From IMG/VR virus record IMGVR_UViG_3300042549_007727: a DNA stretch of 64,000 nucleotides. One strand, written 5' to 3'. The position numbers and the translations under genes are program-made. Position 1 is the stretch's first letter; each line of letters opens with the position of its first letter. The notes below the pieces were generated by a model that did not search any database, was not told the DNA's origin, and worked only from the letters and a program-made list of their open reading frames with translations. Positions 29,896-40,204 of this stretch are shown here, piece by piece. This DNA comes from a virus.

Positions 29896-30369
29896 ATGGG
29901 ACTAGACATGTATCTAGAAGCTAGACGTTTTGTCAGCGGATGGAGTCACACCAAGGAAGAAGAGAAAGCAATCTTTGATTCTCTAGTGAAGGCAATCAAC
30001 ATGGACGGCCTGCATGATGAGAGATTTGCCACGGTAAACGTGAACGTCGCTTATTGGCGTAAGGCTAACCACATCCACAACTGGTTCGTGCAGAACGTGC
30101 AAGACGGCGAGGATGACTGTAAGCAATACCACGTCACTCGTGAAAAGTTGTTAGAGCTTGAGCAACTTTGTAGAGACGTTTGTCAGGCCGGCACGGCTGA
30201 TGTGGCGAGCGCGAAGTTGCCTCTTGCAACGGGGTTCTTCTTTGGGTCAGACCAGTATGACGAATACTATTTCGAGCAGACCGACTGGACAGCCAAACGG
30301 ATTGCCGAGCTAATGATAGCTATCCCAGATGACGGCATGCTGGACTTCTACTACCAGTCAAGCTGGTAG
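29896..30369 (+). CDS. Conserved phage protein (MGLDMYL...YWRKAN.IH.WF family)
   Basis: Recognisable N-terminal and YWRKANHIHNWF motifs; start at ATG 29896. Confidence 0.7.
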   Translation: MGLDMYLEARRFVSGWSHTKEEEKAIFDSLVKAINMDGLHDERFATVNVNVAYWRKANHIHNWFVQNVQDGEDDCKQYHVTREKLLELEQLCRDVCQAGTADVASAKLPLATGFFFGSDQYDEYYFEQTDWTAKRIAELMIAIPDDGMLDFYYQSSW

Positions 30370-30849
30370 GCCTGCGTAGCTAACGGCGAGCGCATCCCAA
30401 ATCAACGGCGTGCGCTCGCTGTATGCTATACTCATGCGCTCAATAGAACTGCACCACTTTCAGACCGATAGGGACGTAGAGCTTGCTCTAACCTCTGGAC
30501 TAGCACTGCCAGAACAGCTAGCCATGACGGACTGCACTGAGTGCGACGCAAGACTGTGTTACTCAGTCTCAGACTCGAACTTTGTACCATTTGTACTAGT
30601 GATTGATGAAAGCGACCAAGATTGGGTTCTATGCGAAGATTGCGCAAGCCCAATACTTACGCTGACAGACACCTTTTTCCCCCCAGCAGTGGGTAGCCAC
30701 TTTTCTGATTACGAGGATTTTGAGCCTTTTTGATGTATCCACTTTTTACGACAAGGTAGACACGCCCTAAAAATACTCGTCAAAAGAACTTGCGAAATGT
30801 CAGTAGACCCCTGTATAGTTGGACTTACCAATGAAAGGGGAAATACCAA

Positions 30850-31368
30850 ATGGGTATGGATGTTTATGGCAAGAAACCAACCAACGAGGTTGGCGAGTAT
30901 TTTCGCAGAAATGTTTGGGGTTGGCATCCTCTATGGGATTATGTAGAGAACAATCACCCAGAGATTGCGGAGTTAGTTGAACACGCTCACAGTAATTCTG
31001 GAGATGGCTTGGATGAGGAGAACTCAAAAAAGTTGGCACAACTTTTGATGAACGACTACAACTCATCTAAAGTTATTGACTATGTTGATGAGCGTAATCG
31101 TCAGCTTTCAGAGCTTCCTTTTGAGGATTGTCAAATCTGTAAGGGAACAGGAATTAGAAGTGATGAACTCGGCGTTGAAAGTGGCTGGACAACTAGAGAA
31201 CTAGCACCAGACATAGCAATCATTGTTGGTCGCACTCATGGTTCTTGTAATGCTTGCCAAGGAGTAGGCAAGCGAGAGAACTGGGCTACCAACTATTTCC
31301 TAGAGCCTGACGACATAAAAGAGTTTGCCGAGTTCCTTGAGAACTGCGGTGGCTTTGAGATTTGCTAA
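30850..31368 (+). CDS. Phage protein with DnaJ-type CxxCxGxG zinc finger
   Basis: CQICKGTG and CNACQGVG. Confidence 0.7.
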   Translation: MGMDVYGKKPTNEVGEYFRRNVWGWHPLWDYVENNHPEIAELVEHAHSNSGDGLDEENSKKLAQLLMNDYNSSKVIDYVDERNRQLSELPFEDCQICKGTGIRSDELGVESGWTTRELAPDIAIIVGRTHGSCNACQGVGKRENWATNYFLEPDDIKEFAEFLENCGGFEIC

Positions 31369-31793
31369 GGGGGTTTAGAAAATGGAAAAACTTTTTTGCT
31401 TTAGTTGCGAGGACGAACTTACTGCGAAAAACACTTCGTCTTACGAGGGGTTTGACAGTTCGGGCTATCTAGTAGCTAACAGGATTGCGAAAATTGGTAA
31501 GGACATGTTTATCAAGTGTGACCCATGCTTTGATGCGGACATTGACAATTACCTAGACAATCTCCAAAGCTAAGACCTAGGGAAAGACCCCTGCCTAGCA
31601 GGTTCAACGCCCGAAGCAACCTGAGCCAAGTTGTAAAACTGGCTCACTAAATCTTTCAGGGGCGTGTATCCACTTTTTACCTGGGACCCCCCGAAAAAAC
31701 TTTTTACGAAATAAGTTTGACAAAAGATGAAAAGTATGGTTTACTTCTTACATGGCAAAAAGCCATAGACACAACAAGGAAAGGGGGAAGTCA

Positions 31794-32399
31794 ATGACTT
31801 CCACAGCTACACCAAAGATTGTAGGCAAGGCACTCTACCTAGAGCTAATTGCCGACAACACCATAGACGCAGACAAGCTAAGAAAAGTCTTGGGTTGGCA
31901 ACACGCAGGCACAAGACAGATAATTATTTTCCCAGAGTATCAAGACGATACAGGGAAAGTTTGGGGTTCAGTAGTTATGAATCGCATTATCTCTAGTCAC
32001 TCACCTAGAAGCCAATGGGACATTACTTTTATTGACAGGTATAGACCAAACATAGGTGCGTTGAGGGTGGACGACAGTTATCACAACTACCCAGAATACG
32101 AGCGTCCAGTTTGGGACACACTAACAAATAAAGAGAAGTTTGATTCTCACAAGTTGGCGTTGGATTCAACCTTGAGAAAAATTATTTTGTCAAGTGATTC
32201 CGAAATAGATTCAACTGGCAATAGAAAATTGACAGCCCTACAAGCCTTGAGGGTTAGAGATAACAAGCCAATCGCAGTAGAGATTACTGACGAGGACATG
32301 GTTGAACTTCACATGAAGTCAAAAACTCCACAGGCAGTAATTCGCAGAATCAACAAGGTTCGTGAATCCATTTCTAGTTTCCCAGCGAAACTCGCATAA
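31794..32399 (+). CDS. Hypothetical protein upstream of the AAA+ ATPase
   Basis: AAAGGGGG RBS before ATG 31794. Confidence 0.7.
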   Translation: MTSTATPKIVGKALYLELIADNTIDADKLRKVLGWQHAGTRQIIIFPEYQDDTGKVWGSVVMNRIISSHSPRSQWDITFIDRYRPNIGALRVDDSYHNYPEYERPVWDTLTNKEKFDSHKLALDSTLRKIILSSDSEIDSTGNRKLTALQALRVRDNKPIAVEITDEDMVELHMKSKTPQAVIRRINKVRESISSFPAKLA

Positions 32400-32441
32400 C
32401 CTAAAAATAGATACAGACACAACAAAGAAAGGGCGGAAGCC

Positions 32442-33503
32442 ATGTATCAACAAAAAGTAATAGCAGAACACACAGCACCAGACCTAGCAGGAATCAACTA
32501 TGACCAACTGTTAGAACAACTTGTCGGGGCAGTAAGGGGTTCAAGTTTCGGAGTGACAACTTCAATTCTTGACGAACACCTAACACCAGCAGGTAGAGCA
32601 ACACTACGCACTAAAGGTAAAGCAGGTTCAACACTTTCAACTCCAGCTAAACTAGATGAAGCAGAGCCAGCGAAGCTAGAGGAAGTTATGGAATCAGTTG
32701 CGAACTTAGAGGGAGAGGAATCTTACTCACGACCTAATGGCGACCTTTACTATGGTCGCAAGTGGGGCGACAATGTAGATGTTGAAGTTCTACGCAAAGC
32801 CAGAGAAGCAGGACAGTATGTAATGCTCTATGGAGTTCCTGGAACTGGAAAGACAGCGTGCGTTGAAGCTGCTTTTCCAGATGAACTTTACACAGTTCTT
32901 GGTTCTGGCGACACCGAAGTTTCTGACTTGGTAGGTGGCTATGTCCAAACTCCAAGTGGCGGTTTTGAGTGGGTGGACGGAAGTTTAGTAAAAGCAGCTT
33001 CCGAGGGTAAAGTTCTACTGATTGACGAAATTGGTTTGATTGACCCGAAAGTTCTTTCGGTTGTCTATGGACTAATGGACGGCAGAAAAGAAATTACAAT
33101 CACACAGAATCCAGAGCGAGGCACAGTAAAAGCTAAGGAAGGATTTTTTGTAGTTTCGGCAACTAACCCTAATGTCGCAGGAGTTCGTTTGTCAGAGGCA
33201 CTTCTATCTCGTTTCGCTATTCAGGTTGAAATGACTACTGATTGGAACTTGGCTAGGAAACTTGGAGTTCCGCAGAGTGCGGTTGTTGCTTCACAGAATC
33301 TAGCAAAGAAACTAGAAAATGGTGAAACTTCTTGGTCGCCACAAATGCGAGAGTTGCTTGCGTTCCGTGACTTGTCCAAAATGTTTGGAACAAAGTGGGC
33401 AGTCCAAAACTTGCTTGCTTCCGCACCAGAGATTGACAGACCAATCGCTAGTGATGTATTCACCAGAGTATTCGGAGAGGCAATCCTGCCAGCAAAGATT
33501 TAG
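32442..33503 (+). CDS. MoxR/CbbQ/CobS-like AAA+ ATPase
   Basis: GVPGTGKT Walker A, LLIDE Walker B, ATNP, ALLSRF. Confidence 0.92.
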   Translation: MYQQKVIAEHTAPDLAGINYDQLLEQLVGAVRGSSFGVTTSILDEHLTPAGRATLRTKGKAGSTLSTPAKLDEAEPAKLEEVMESVANLEGEESYSRPNGDLYYGRKWGDNVDVEVLRKAREAGQYVMLYGVPGTGKTACVEAAFPDELYTVLGSGDTEVSDLVGGYVQTPSGGFEWVDGSLVKAASEGKVLLIDEIGLIDPKVLSVVYGLMDGRKEITITQNPERGTVKAKEGFFVVSATNPNVAGVRLSEALLSRFAIQVEMTTDWNLARKLGVPQSAVVASQNLAKKLENGETSWSPQMRELLAFRDLSKMFGTKWAVQNLLASAPEIDRPIASDVFTRVFGEAILPAKI

Positions 33504-33634
33504 TGAGTGGGTTGTGTCCTCACTAAAGGGTGGGGAAACGCAAGGTTTTTTCTTGTTTGATTTGACTTGCGTTTCTCCCCCAACTACTATACAATTTAGA
33601 CATAACAAAAAAACGCCAAATGAAAGGGAAGCAA

Positions 33635-35488
33635 ATGGCACACTACAAAGTAAAAGGTAAGTCAAGACTTACAACACGAACAACTACAACCAACCCAGAG
33701 TGGCTAAGAGTTTGTTCACAGATTGGTCGCTTGGTCAATGATTGGTCATGGCGTTCAGATTTAGTTGTCTATGGTGGAGAGGATTCTGCCGAGGGCAAAG
33801 CTATCGCTGCTTTTTATTCAGACATAGCAGAGATTGAAGTGAACTTGCCGAAAGCGTTTGGAGAACTTACGCCAGCAGATTTTGTCGGCGACTTGACTAA
33901 AAAAGAAACGCAGTATGAGTATCCAATGGTGACAGGCGTTCTGTATCACGAAGCACTACACGCACGCCACACGAATTGGGACACTTCAATTTTGTCAGAG
34001 GCACTAGACCCTAATGAGCAAAGAGCTTTTATGTTGCTAGAGGAATCACGAATTGAAGCAAAGGGAATCAAAGAGCGACCAGAGCTTAGAAACTTCTTGC
34101 GTGCTTCTGCTTTAGACATGGCACTAGACGAAGTGACTACAGACACACTCGCAGGTTTGGCTAGTGATGTTTGGAATACAGCACGCCTAGCAGGACTTTC
34201 AGTTTCAAGAGTGGATTCAGGAGTTCTTGAAGTTTCTGACATTACTGACATTTACAGAGAAGTAGTTTCAGTTCTTGGTCAGGACTTGTTTGACGAACTA
34301 AGAAAAGTTTGGATTGAGTTTCAGGCACTAGGCGTTCCACAGATTGAGCGAGCTATTGAACTTGCTAAGAAGTGGGTTGAACTATTGCGTGAATCAGACC
34401 CAGAGGGCGAGCCAGATTCAGGTTCGGCAGGTGACATTTTCGGCGAGCCAGATGAATCAGAGGGCGACAGCGAGGGTGGAAGCGGAAGTGAACTGTCTGA
34501 CACCATGAAAGACATGATTGAAAAACTTTCCGAATCTGCTAGTCACTCGGAGATAGAAGCGAGAGAGGCACTTGCCCAACAAGAGCAACAAGACAAGTGG
34601 GGCGAGGAATCAAAAGCAAGGCAAGAGCAAGCAAAGAATAACAACCAACGCAAAAACATAGCCAAGCAAATCTTTCACAAGCCACACTCCCAAGAGGGTT
34701 CGGGTTCTAACTCGTCTGTATCCTCTCGCAGACAGCCGACAGGGACAGAGCGAGCAAGTGCGGTAGAGATTGCTAAGTCATTAGACAAGGCAAAGTATCG
34801 TGAGCGTTCGGTTCATGTTCGCAAAAGTCAGACACCACAGGGCAAGCTGATTATGAGAAACGCCGTCCAGAATAGGGCAGTTGAATCTATTGGCAAGCGT
34901 GGAGAGTTGCCAGCGTGGAAGTCAAAGACACGCAAGCACACAGACGACCCAACGCTAAGGCTTGGAATCATGGTGGACATTTCAGGTTCTATGGGTTCTG
35001 CTATGGAAGCTATGGGACAGACAGCGTGGATTATGTCCGAGGCAGGTCGCAGGATTCAAGCTGAAACGGCTATGGTGTATTACGGCTCTGGCGTGTTCCC
35101 AACTCTAAAGCGTGGACAGCGTTTGAGCGAGGTGACGATTTACACAGCACCAGACGGAACTGAAAAGTTTACCGAAGCGTTTGAAGCGATTGACGGCGAG
35201 CTTGGACTAACTTTTGGGGACGGCGTGCGTATGTTAGTTGTTGTGTCGGACGGAAACTACACAGGCACAGAACTACAGAGAGCAACCGAACTACTAAGAG
35301 AGTGTAAACAAAACGGCGTGGCGGTTCTTTGGATTACACCGAGAGGTTGTAATGGCATGGGGGCGAGGTCAATAATTTCTGGTTCGGCGTGGGGAGTTCA
35401 CTTGGACGACCTAGACACAACGGAGATTGCGAGGCAAGTCGGCAAGTCGGCAAGCGAAGCATTGGGTCGGGTGGGTTCACTCACCTAG
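33635..35488 (+). CDS. vWA-domain partner protein with N-terminal HEXXH domain (CobT-like)
   Basis: HEALH motif, EESRIE, acidic linker, MIDAS DISGSM, VVSDG. Confidence 0.88.
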   Translation: MAHYKVKGKSRLTTRTTTTNPEWLRVCSQIGRLVNDWSWRSDLVVYGGEDSAEGKAIAAFYSDIAEIEVNLPKAFGELTPADFVGDLTKKETQYEYPMVTGVLYHEALHARHTNWDTSILSEALDPNEQRAFMLLEESRIEAKGIKERPELRNFLRASALDMALDEVTTDTLAGLASDVWNTARLAGLSVSRVDSGVLEVSDITDIYREVVSVLGQDLFDELRKVWIEFQALGVPQIERAIELAKKWVELLRESDPEGEPDSGSAGDIFGEPDESEGDSEGGSGSELSDTMKDMIEKLSESASHSEIEAREALAQQEQQDKWGEESKARQEQAKNNNQRKNIAKQIFHKPHSQEGSGSNSSVSSRRQPTGTERASAVEIAKSLDKAKYRERSVHVRKSQTPQGKLIMRNAVQNRAVESIGKRGELPAWKSKTRKHTDDPTLRLGIMVDISGSMGSAMEAMGQTAWIMSEAGRRIQAETAMVYYGSGVFPTLKRGQRLSEVTIYTAPDGTEKFTEAFEAIDGELGLTFGDGVRMLVVVSDGNYTGTELQRATELLRECKQNGVAVLWITPRGCNGMGARSIISGSAWGVHLDDLDTTEIARQVGKSASEALGRVGSLT

Positions 35489-35844
35489 ACCTAAACGGAG
35501 TGCTTGCCCAGCGGTTGAGCGAAAGTCAGGACTTCCCCCCTTTGACCTGATAATAGTTCCCAACGGACAAGACACTAGAAACCCCTATCAAGTGCTTCCC
35601 CCAAGTCTTGGTAGGGGTTTCGCCTTTCTCGGTTTGACGGACGAGATTGGGTGGAATCTGAATCCCTGGCACAGACTTTTTACGAAAGATGAAAAGTCAC
35701 CAGCAGAAAAAGCTGACGAAGGCGTATCCACTTTTTATCTGGCTAAAAACTTTTTTGACAAAACACTTGCTTTTTCTGTAAACCCTGTTAGGATTGGAAC
35801 TATCCAATCGGAACGAAACAGAAGTAGTTCCAGAGGGGGGATTT

Positions 35845-36195
35845 ATGGCTAAGGTCATTTCCCGAACAGCCCCAGAGGTTGCGAAAGCAACTCCAAAGGT
35901 TGTCAAAGTTTCACGAAAAGTCGTGGAACTAATCAGCGAACTTTCCGAAGTTCGTGCTACATACAACTCGGCGAAAGCCAGAGTTGAGGAACTTCGTGAC
36001 GAAGTTCTTTCCCAAGTTGGGCGTTCCAATTTGACCCTTGTCCACAACAGCATTGAGGTCGCTCGTATCGTTGAGAGTTCTCCTGTGCGTGTAGATGAGG
36101 AGTTCTTGAAAGAGAACTATCCAGAGGCTTACCAAGCTTCTCTAAGGGCAAAGCCCCAACACACGATTCGCTCTGTCACACGCAAAGCGAACTAA
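35845..36195 (+). CDS. Hypothetical protein, paralog of 43591..43932
   Basis: Shared EL.EVRA...L.HN.IE.ARI...D.E.L...YPEA pattern. Confidence 0.7.
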   Translation: MAKVISRTAPEVAKATPKVVKVSRKVVELISELSEVRATYNSAKARVEELRDEVLSQVGRSNLTLVHNSIEVARIVESSPVRVDEEFLKENYPEAYQASLRAKPQHTIRSVTRKAN

Positions 36196-36357
36196 AGAAC
36201 TGGGCGGGCAGGGCGAAAGCCCTGTCCCCCATTTCATTTTTTATTTGACCTGACAATGTATCCACTTTTTACCAAAGGAAATGGACACGGAAAAAAGATA
36301 CCGAAAATGTCAGGGACTATGCTAAGATTGGAACTACCACAAAGAAAGGGGAACACC

Positions 36358-36708
36358 ATGAGAGGCGAGCCATTAGAGCTTGACGAAGTTGCTGGATTAT
36401 CTCTAACAGTATTGGGCGTGCTTGTTGAGGCATACATCAAAGAGGGATACAGCGACCCGACAATGTATAGAGCAATACGGGCTTCAACCGAACTGGCTAA
36501 AAACTTCAAGGCACGGCTAGAACTAGACGGACGGGACACGGACGGCGTGGACGACTTGATTACTAACCTAGAGCTAACGGCTATGGAATCTGGCGAGGTA
36601 GTAAACCGAATCATAGAGCAGAACGGCTGGCAAGAAACGGCTGGCGAGTGGAGTAGCCCTGCTAGTATGACTTGTGATAACGACTGCGAACATGACGGCA
36701 AGGAGTAG
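36358..36708 (+). CDS. Hypothetical protein
   Basis: AAAGGGG RBS before ATG 36358. Confidence 0.65.
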   Translation: MRGEPLELDEVAGLSLTVLGVLVEAYIKEGYSDPTMYRAIRASTELAKNFKARLELDGRDTDGVDDLITNLELTAMESGEVVNRIIEQNGWQETAGEWSSPASMTCDNDCEHDGKE

Positions 36709-36715
36709 GGACGGC

Positions 36716-37015
36716 ATGGACTTTCAGACTGCGTTCGGCGAGGTTGTGCGTGAGCAACGGCGTGCTAATGAGATTACAATGCGAAGCGTGACGGATAGGG
36801 GACACCTAGCGTTGGGATACCTGTCCGAAGTGGAACGGGGACACAAAATGCCCTCTAGCCTAATAATTGCGTCCATAGCAGACGGACTGGGTATAGACGC
36901 AAGCGAGCTGATTATTCAGACGGGTATGCGTATGTCCAATGTTCCTGAAAGCCCTGAAAGCCTGTTCAAGCTAAGGGACAGAGATTGGGCTAATCAGTAT
37001 TCAGATTTGAGATAG
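36716..37015 (+). CDS. XRE-family HTH regulator, ClgR-like
   Basis: GEVVR..R....T.R.V.....LGYLSEVERG.K..SS matches the actinobacterial ClgR signature. Confidence 0.75.
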   Translation: MDFQTAFGEVVREQRRANEITMRSVTDRGHLALGYLSEVERGHKMPSSLIIASIADGLGIDASELIIQTGMRMSNVPESPESLFKLRDRDWANQYSDLR

Positions 37016-37017
37016 AG

Positions 37018-37051
37018 AAAGCCCCCCTGACAAAAGTTAGGGGGATTTTTT
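37018..37051 (+). terminator. Intrinsic terminator (cassette end)
   Basis: CCCCCTGAC-AAAA-GTTAGGGGG followed by a T-tract. Confidence 0.8.
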
Positions 37052-37162
37052 CTTGGCTGGTAGTGTATCCACTTTTTGCTGAACATTTTTTGTTTGGTTT
37101 TTGTCGGGGGTAGGGTATAGGATTTGATTGTTATAAAAACTCCAACAGGAAAGTAGGGGAAA

Positions 37163-37399
37163 TTGAGTTATTATCCAGAGGGTTCTATGGCTGGTTCTGG
37201 CATAGATTCCGTAGAAGTTCCGTATGACGAGTTTGTCTGCGAAGCTGACGATTGTGGCAAGGTGAACGAAGCTAGTGAAGCTATGACAGACGACTATGGC
37301 AATTACGAAGTTGAGTGCCAGTTCTGCGGTAGCTTTTACTTTAGAAGTTCTATTGCCGAGGACAAGGCAGATTGGGCAGCGAATAATTATGATTACTAA
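37163..37399 (+). CDS. Small Zn-ribbon protein
   Basis: C....C...CxxC; AGGGG RBS. Confidence 0.6.
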   Translation: MSYYPEGSMAGSGIDSVEVPYDEFVCEADDCGKVNEASEAMTDDYGNYEVECQFCGSFYFRSSIAEDKADWAANNYDY

Positions 37400-37739
37400 T
37401 CCAAAACAGGGGACACCAATAAAAAACAGCAAGGGCGAATTACGATACGAATACACTTGCCCGAAGTGTTTTGACGAATACAGGGTGGACGAAAAGACAC
37501 ACGCTTGGATTCAGACCTTAGACAGACTGCCTAAGTGTTCGCCTTGCTACTTGTAGCCTAAAAAGTTTCCCCCGAATAATCAGGAACAGCGATTCCGATT
37601 CGGGGGATTTTTTTATGCCGTCAATGTGTATCCACTTTTGCTGCGGCAGGGTAAAACTTTTTATGTGCGGTGAAAAGTCGTAGGTAGGTGATAGTATTCA
37701 AGTATCAAGCAACACTAACCACGAACAAAGGGGAACAAG

Positions 37740-38051
37740 TTGAAAAGATTGCCTAACTACAAGATTGGCGCGGAGATTAGTGCGCTAAACACTTTCACGA
37801 ACTACAATGGCACAATTAGCGCCGTTCGGGACGAGAATAATTACAGGATTACACACTGGAACACTGTAATTCTTGATTACAACACTGACACCAACGAGAT
37901 TATTTCGCTACAAGATAGCTACATTAGCCAGACAACCAGCGCGCTAGTTGGGCGAATCTTGAGGGCGTTGCCATACGCTTCGGTTGAAAGATACTTGGGC
38001 TACATGACGCCGTCAAAAGATAAGCGCCGTTTGGTCGGTATGCTTCGATAA
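37740..38051 (+). CDS. Hypothetical protein
   Basis: AAAGGGG RBS; terminator follows. Confidence 0.65.
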   Translation: MKRLPNYKIGAEISALNTFTNYNGTISAVRDENNYRITHWNTVILDYNTDTNEIISLQDSYISQTTSALVGRILRALPYASVERYLGYMTPSKDKRRLVGMLR

Positions 38052-38192
38052 AAAGCCAAAAAGTTAGCCCCGCTTCGGCGGGGTTTTCTTTTTCCGTGAA
38101 AAGTTGCGCCGGTCGCGGCGTGTATCCACTTTTTGATGAAAGCTTTTTGCGGATCCTTGATCTGTATAATTGTTGATGAAGGGGGAACACCA

Positions 38193-38507
38193 TTGAATAA
38201 TTTCTCAGAGCGAATCATTGCCAATACCGAAGATGGACGCCGTGAAGTGCGCGTCCTGCGTCTTGCGGTAAGTCTTGGCGACGACTTGGCATACATTGAT
38301 TGGGAGCCAAGCGGGGAGCTTTACTTTATCAAAGTCCCCGTCGAGTATCGCCGTCAAGGAATCGCTACAAAGCTATGGCAGGACGCTCAGGAACACGCGA
38401 GAAGCTTGAACTTGCCCGCGCTAACCCATAGCGAATACAGAACTGACGCGGGCGATTCTTGGGCTAAGTCCCTAGGCGAAAAACTTCCACCAAGAATCCG
38501 CGCTTAG
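38193..38507 (+). CDS. GNAT-family acetyltransferase
   Basis: V..EYRRQGIAT.L acetyl-CoA motif A; AGGGGG RBS before TTG 38193. Confidence 0.7.
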   Translation: MNNFSERIIANTEDGRREVRVLRLAVSLGDDLAYIDWEPSGELYFIKVPVEYRRQGIATKLWQDAQEHARSLNLPALTHSEYRTDAGDSWAKSLGEKLPPRIRA

Positions 38508-39190
38508 TTTTTTGTAGCCAGGTGTATCCACTTTTTGACGAGGCGACACGCTTGCTTGCGGGTTCTTGCTTTTGTCGGTGGGTTGGGGTAAAGTCAAACT
38601 AACCAAGCAAGAGGGAAGGAAACAAAATGATTGGTAGAAACAAAGATGCGGAAACAGCTTTTGATATGGCAATGAAGTTGCTGAACAACCCAAGTGAGGA
38701 AGTTCAACAGCAAGTCTGGGACAAGTGCCACGCTGACGAAGTAATCCAAAGGTCGGTAAGGCTTTACCTTTACAGCGAGCCAAGCTACACACCAAAGGCT
38801 CTATACAACCTTCACCAAAAACTCGCCGAGTTGGTGTCCTAATGGTTGTTCGCCCGCTGGAGAATACAGTTTGCTATCAATGCCCTAAGAAGATTATGGC
38901 AATGGTTGGTGCGGTTCACCCGCTATGCGTTGAGTGTCAAGAAAGTTTTGACGATTGGTTTGAACACGAGCTAGGAGTTTTCAATGGCTAAGCAAGTTTA
39001 TTTTGTTGTTGCGGTGGACTTAGATGAGTGCGTGCCGTTTATAGATGATGACACCTTTACAGCAAGGTTCAGTTCGGCAGAGCAAGTTTGGGACACCGAA
39101 CTACAAGAGTGGCAAGAAGACCCTGACCAAGAGTTTTACGATAAAGCGTTGAAGATTTTGAACACCATACCTTTAGCGAAAGACTAGTCA

Positions 39191-39502
39191 ATGAAACACA
39201 AAAAGAGTAAAGTTCAAGGCAAGTCTAGGCACGCCGAGTATCTTCGCCGAGTAGATAACGCCGATAGAGTTGCGGTAATGCTAAGGGGCATAACTTTATT
39301 TTGCGCTTTTATTTTTGTAATGAGGATAGTCGCTGGCGTTGATTCAGTTTCAGAATACCTAATCCTTTATGCGGTTGTGTTTGTGGGCGGGGTTAGTGCT
39401 TCGCTTGCCGAATACTTTTTGTTTAGGGCTTACCAAAGTCGCTACTCAAAAAGTCGCCGACAAAGTTTTTGGGATTTGTTCAACACCGAACTTTCCAAAT
39501 AA
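39191..39502 (+). CDS. Two-TM membrane protein
   Basis: Two hydrophobic segments. Confidence 0.6.
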   Translation: MKHKKSKVQGKSRHAEYLRRVDNADRVAVMLRGITLFCAFIFVMRIVAGVDSVSEYLILYAVVFVGGVSASLAEYFLFRAYQSRYSKSRRQSFWDLFNTELSK

Positions 39503-39640
39503 AACTTCCCGCTAGGACTTCCCCCCTAGCGGGATTTTCTCTTTCCAGCTGCGTATCCACTTTTTGATAGAGATTTTTTTGTGTGCGTTTTGTCGGTGGA
39601 CTATGCTATGGTTGAAGTATCCAAACAAAGGGGAAGTAAA

Positions 39641-39832
39641 TTGAAGACAGATTCAAGAATAGCAATAGTTTCAGAGCTACCAAACTGCGACTTCTGCGGT
39701 GAACACGCTCGCTATGACGGAGCAACCAAACTTGGACCTTGGGCTTTTATGTGCCAGAAGGACTGGGTATCTCACGGAGTAGGGCTTGGGCTTGGCAAAG
39801 GTCAAGTTCTAATGAAGGAAGGAACTAAGTAA
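39641..39832 (+). CDS. Small Zn-binding protein
   Basis: CDFC....YD..T..GPWAFMC...GLG.G.GQ. Confidence 0.65.
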   Translation: MKTDSRIAIVSELPNCDFCGEHARYDGATKLGPWAFMCQKDWVSHGVGLGLGKGQVLMKEGTK

Positions 39833-40204
39833 ATGGCGACAACAGTTGGAGAGCTGATTGAACAGCTAAAGACGCTGGACCCCGACACAACAGTTGTGTT
39901 TCAGTATTTGACACACGAACACACCGACTTTTCAATTGACGATTTTGAGTCAAAAGCCGAGGCACTTGACTACACCAACTTCGCTGATGAAATGTCTATC
40001 ACGATGAACGAGTGGCTCGCCGAAATGGAGTAGCCACGCGACACCAAAGATTCCCCCGCGACCCCCGCGGGGGTTTTCTTTTTTGCCGGAAGGTAGCCAG
40101 GTGTATCCACTTTTTGATTCGGCTGCCGAAAGGGTTTTGTAAAAGTATTTGCTTTTTTCTTTTTGTGTAGTAAGATGAAACTCTAACGAAAGGGAGGTTC
40201 CTAA

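Noticed and set aside
36038-36046. Perfect actinobacterial DnaA box TTGTCCACA
   Set aside because: A single copy inside a coding region; compatible with chance.
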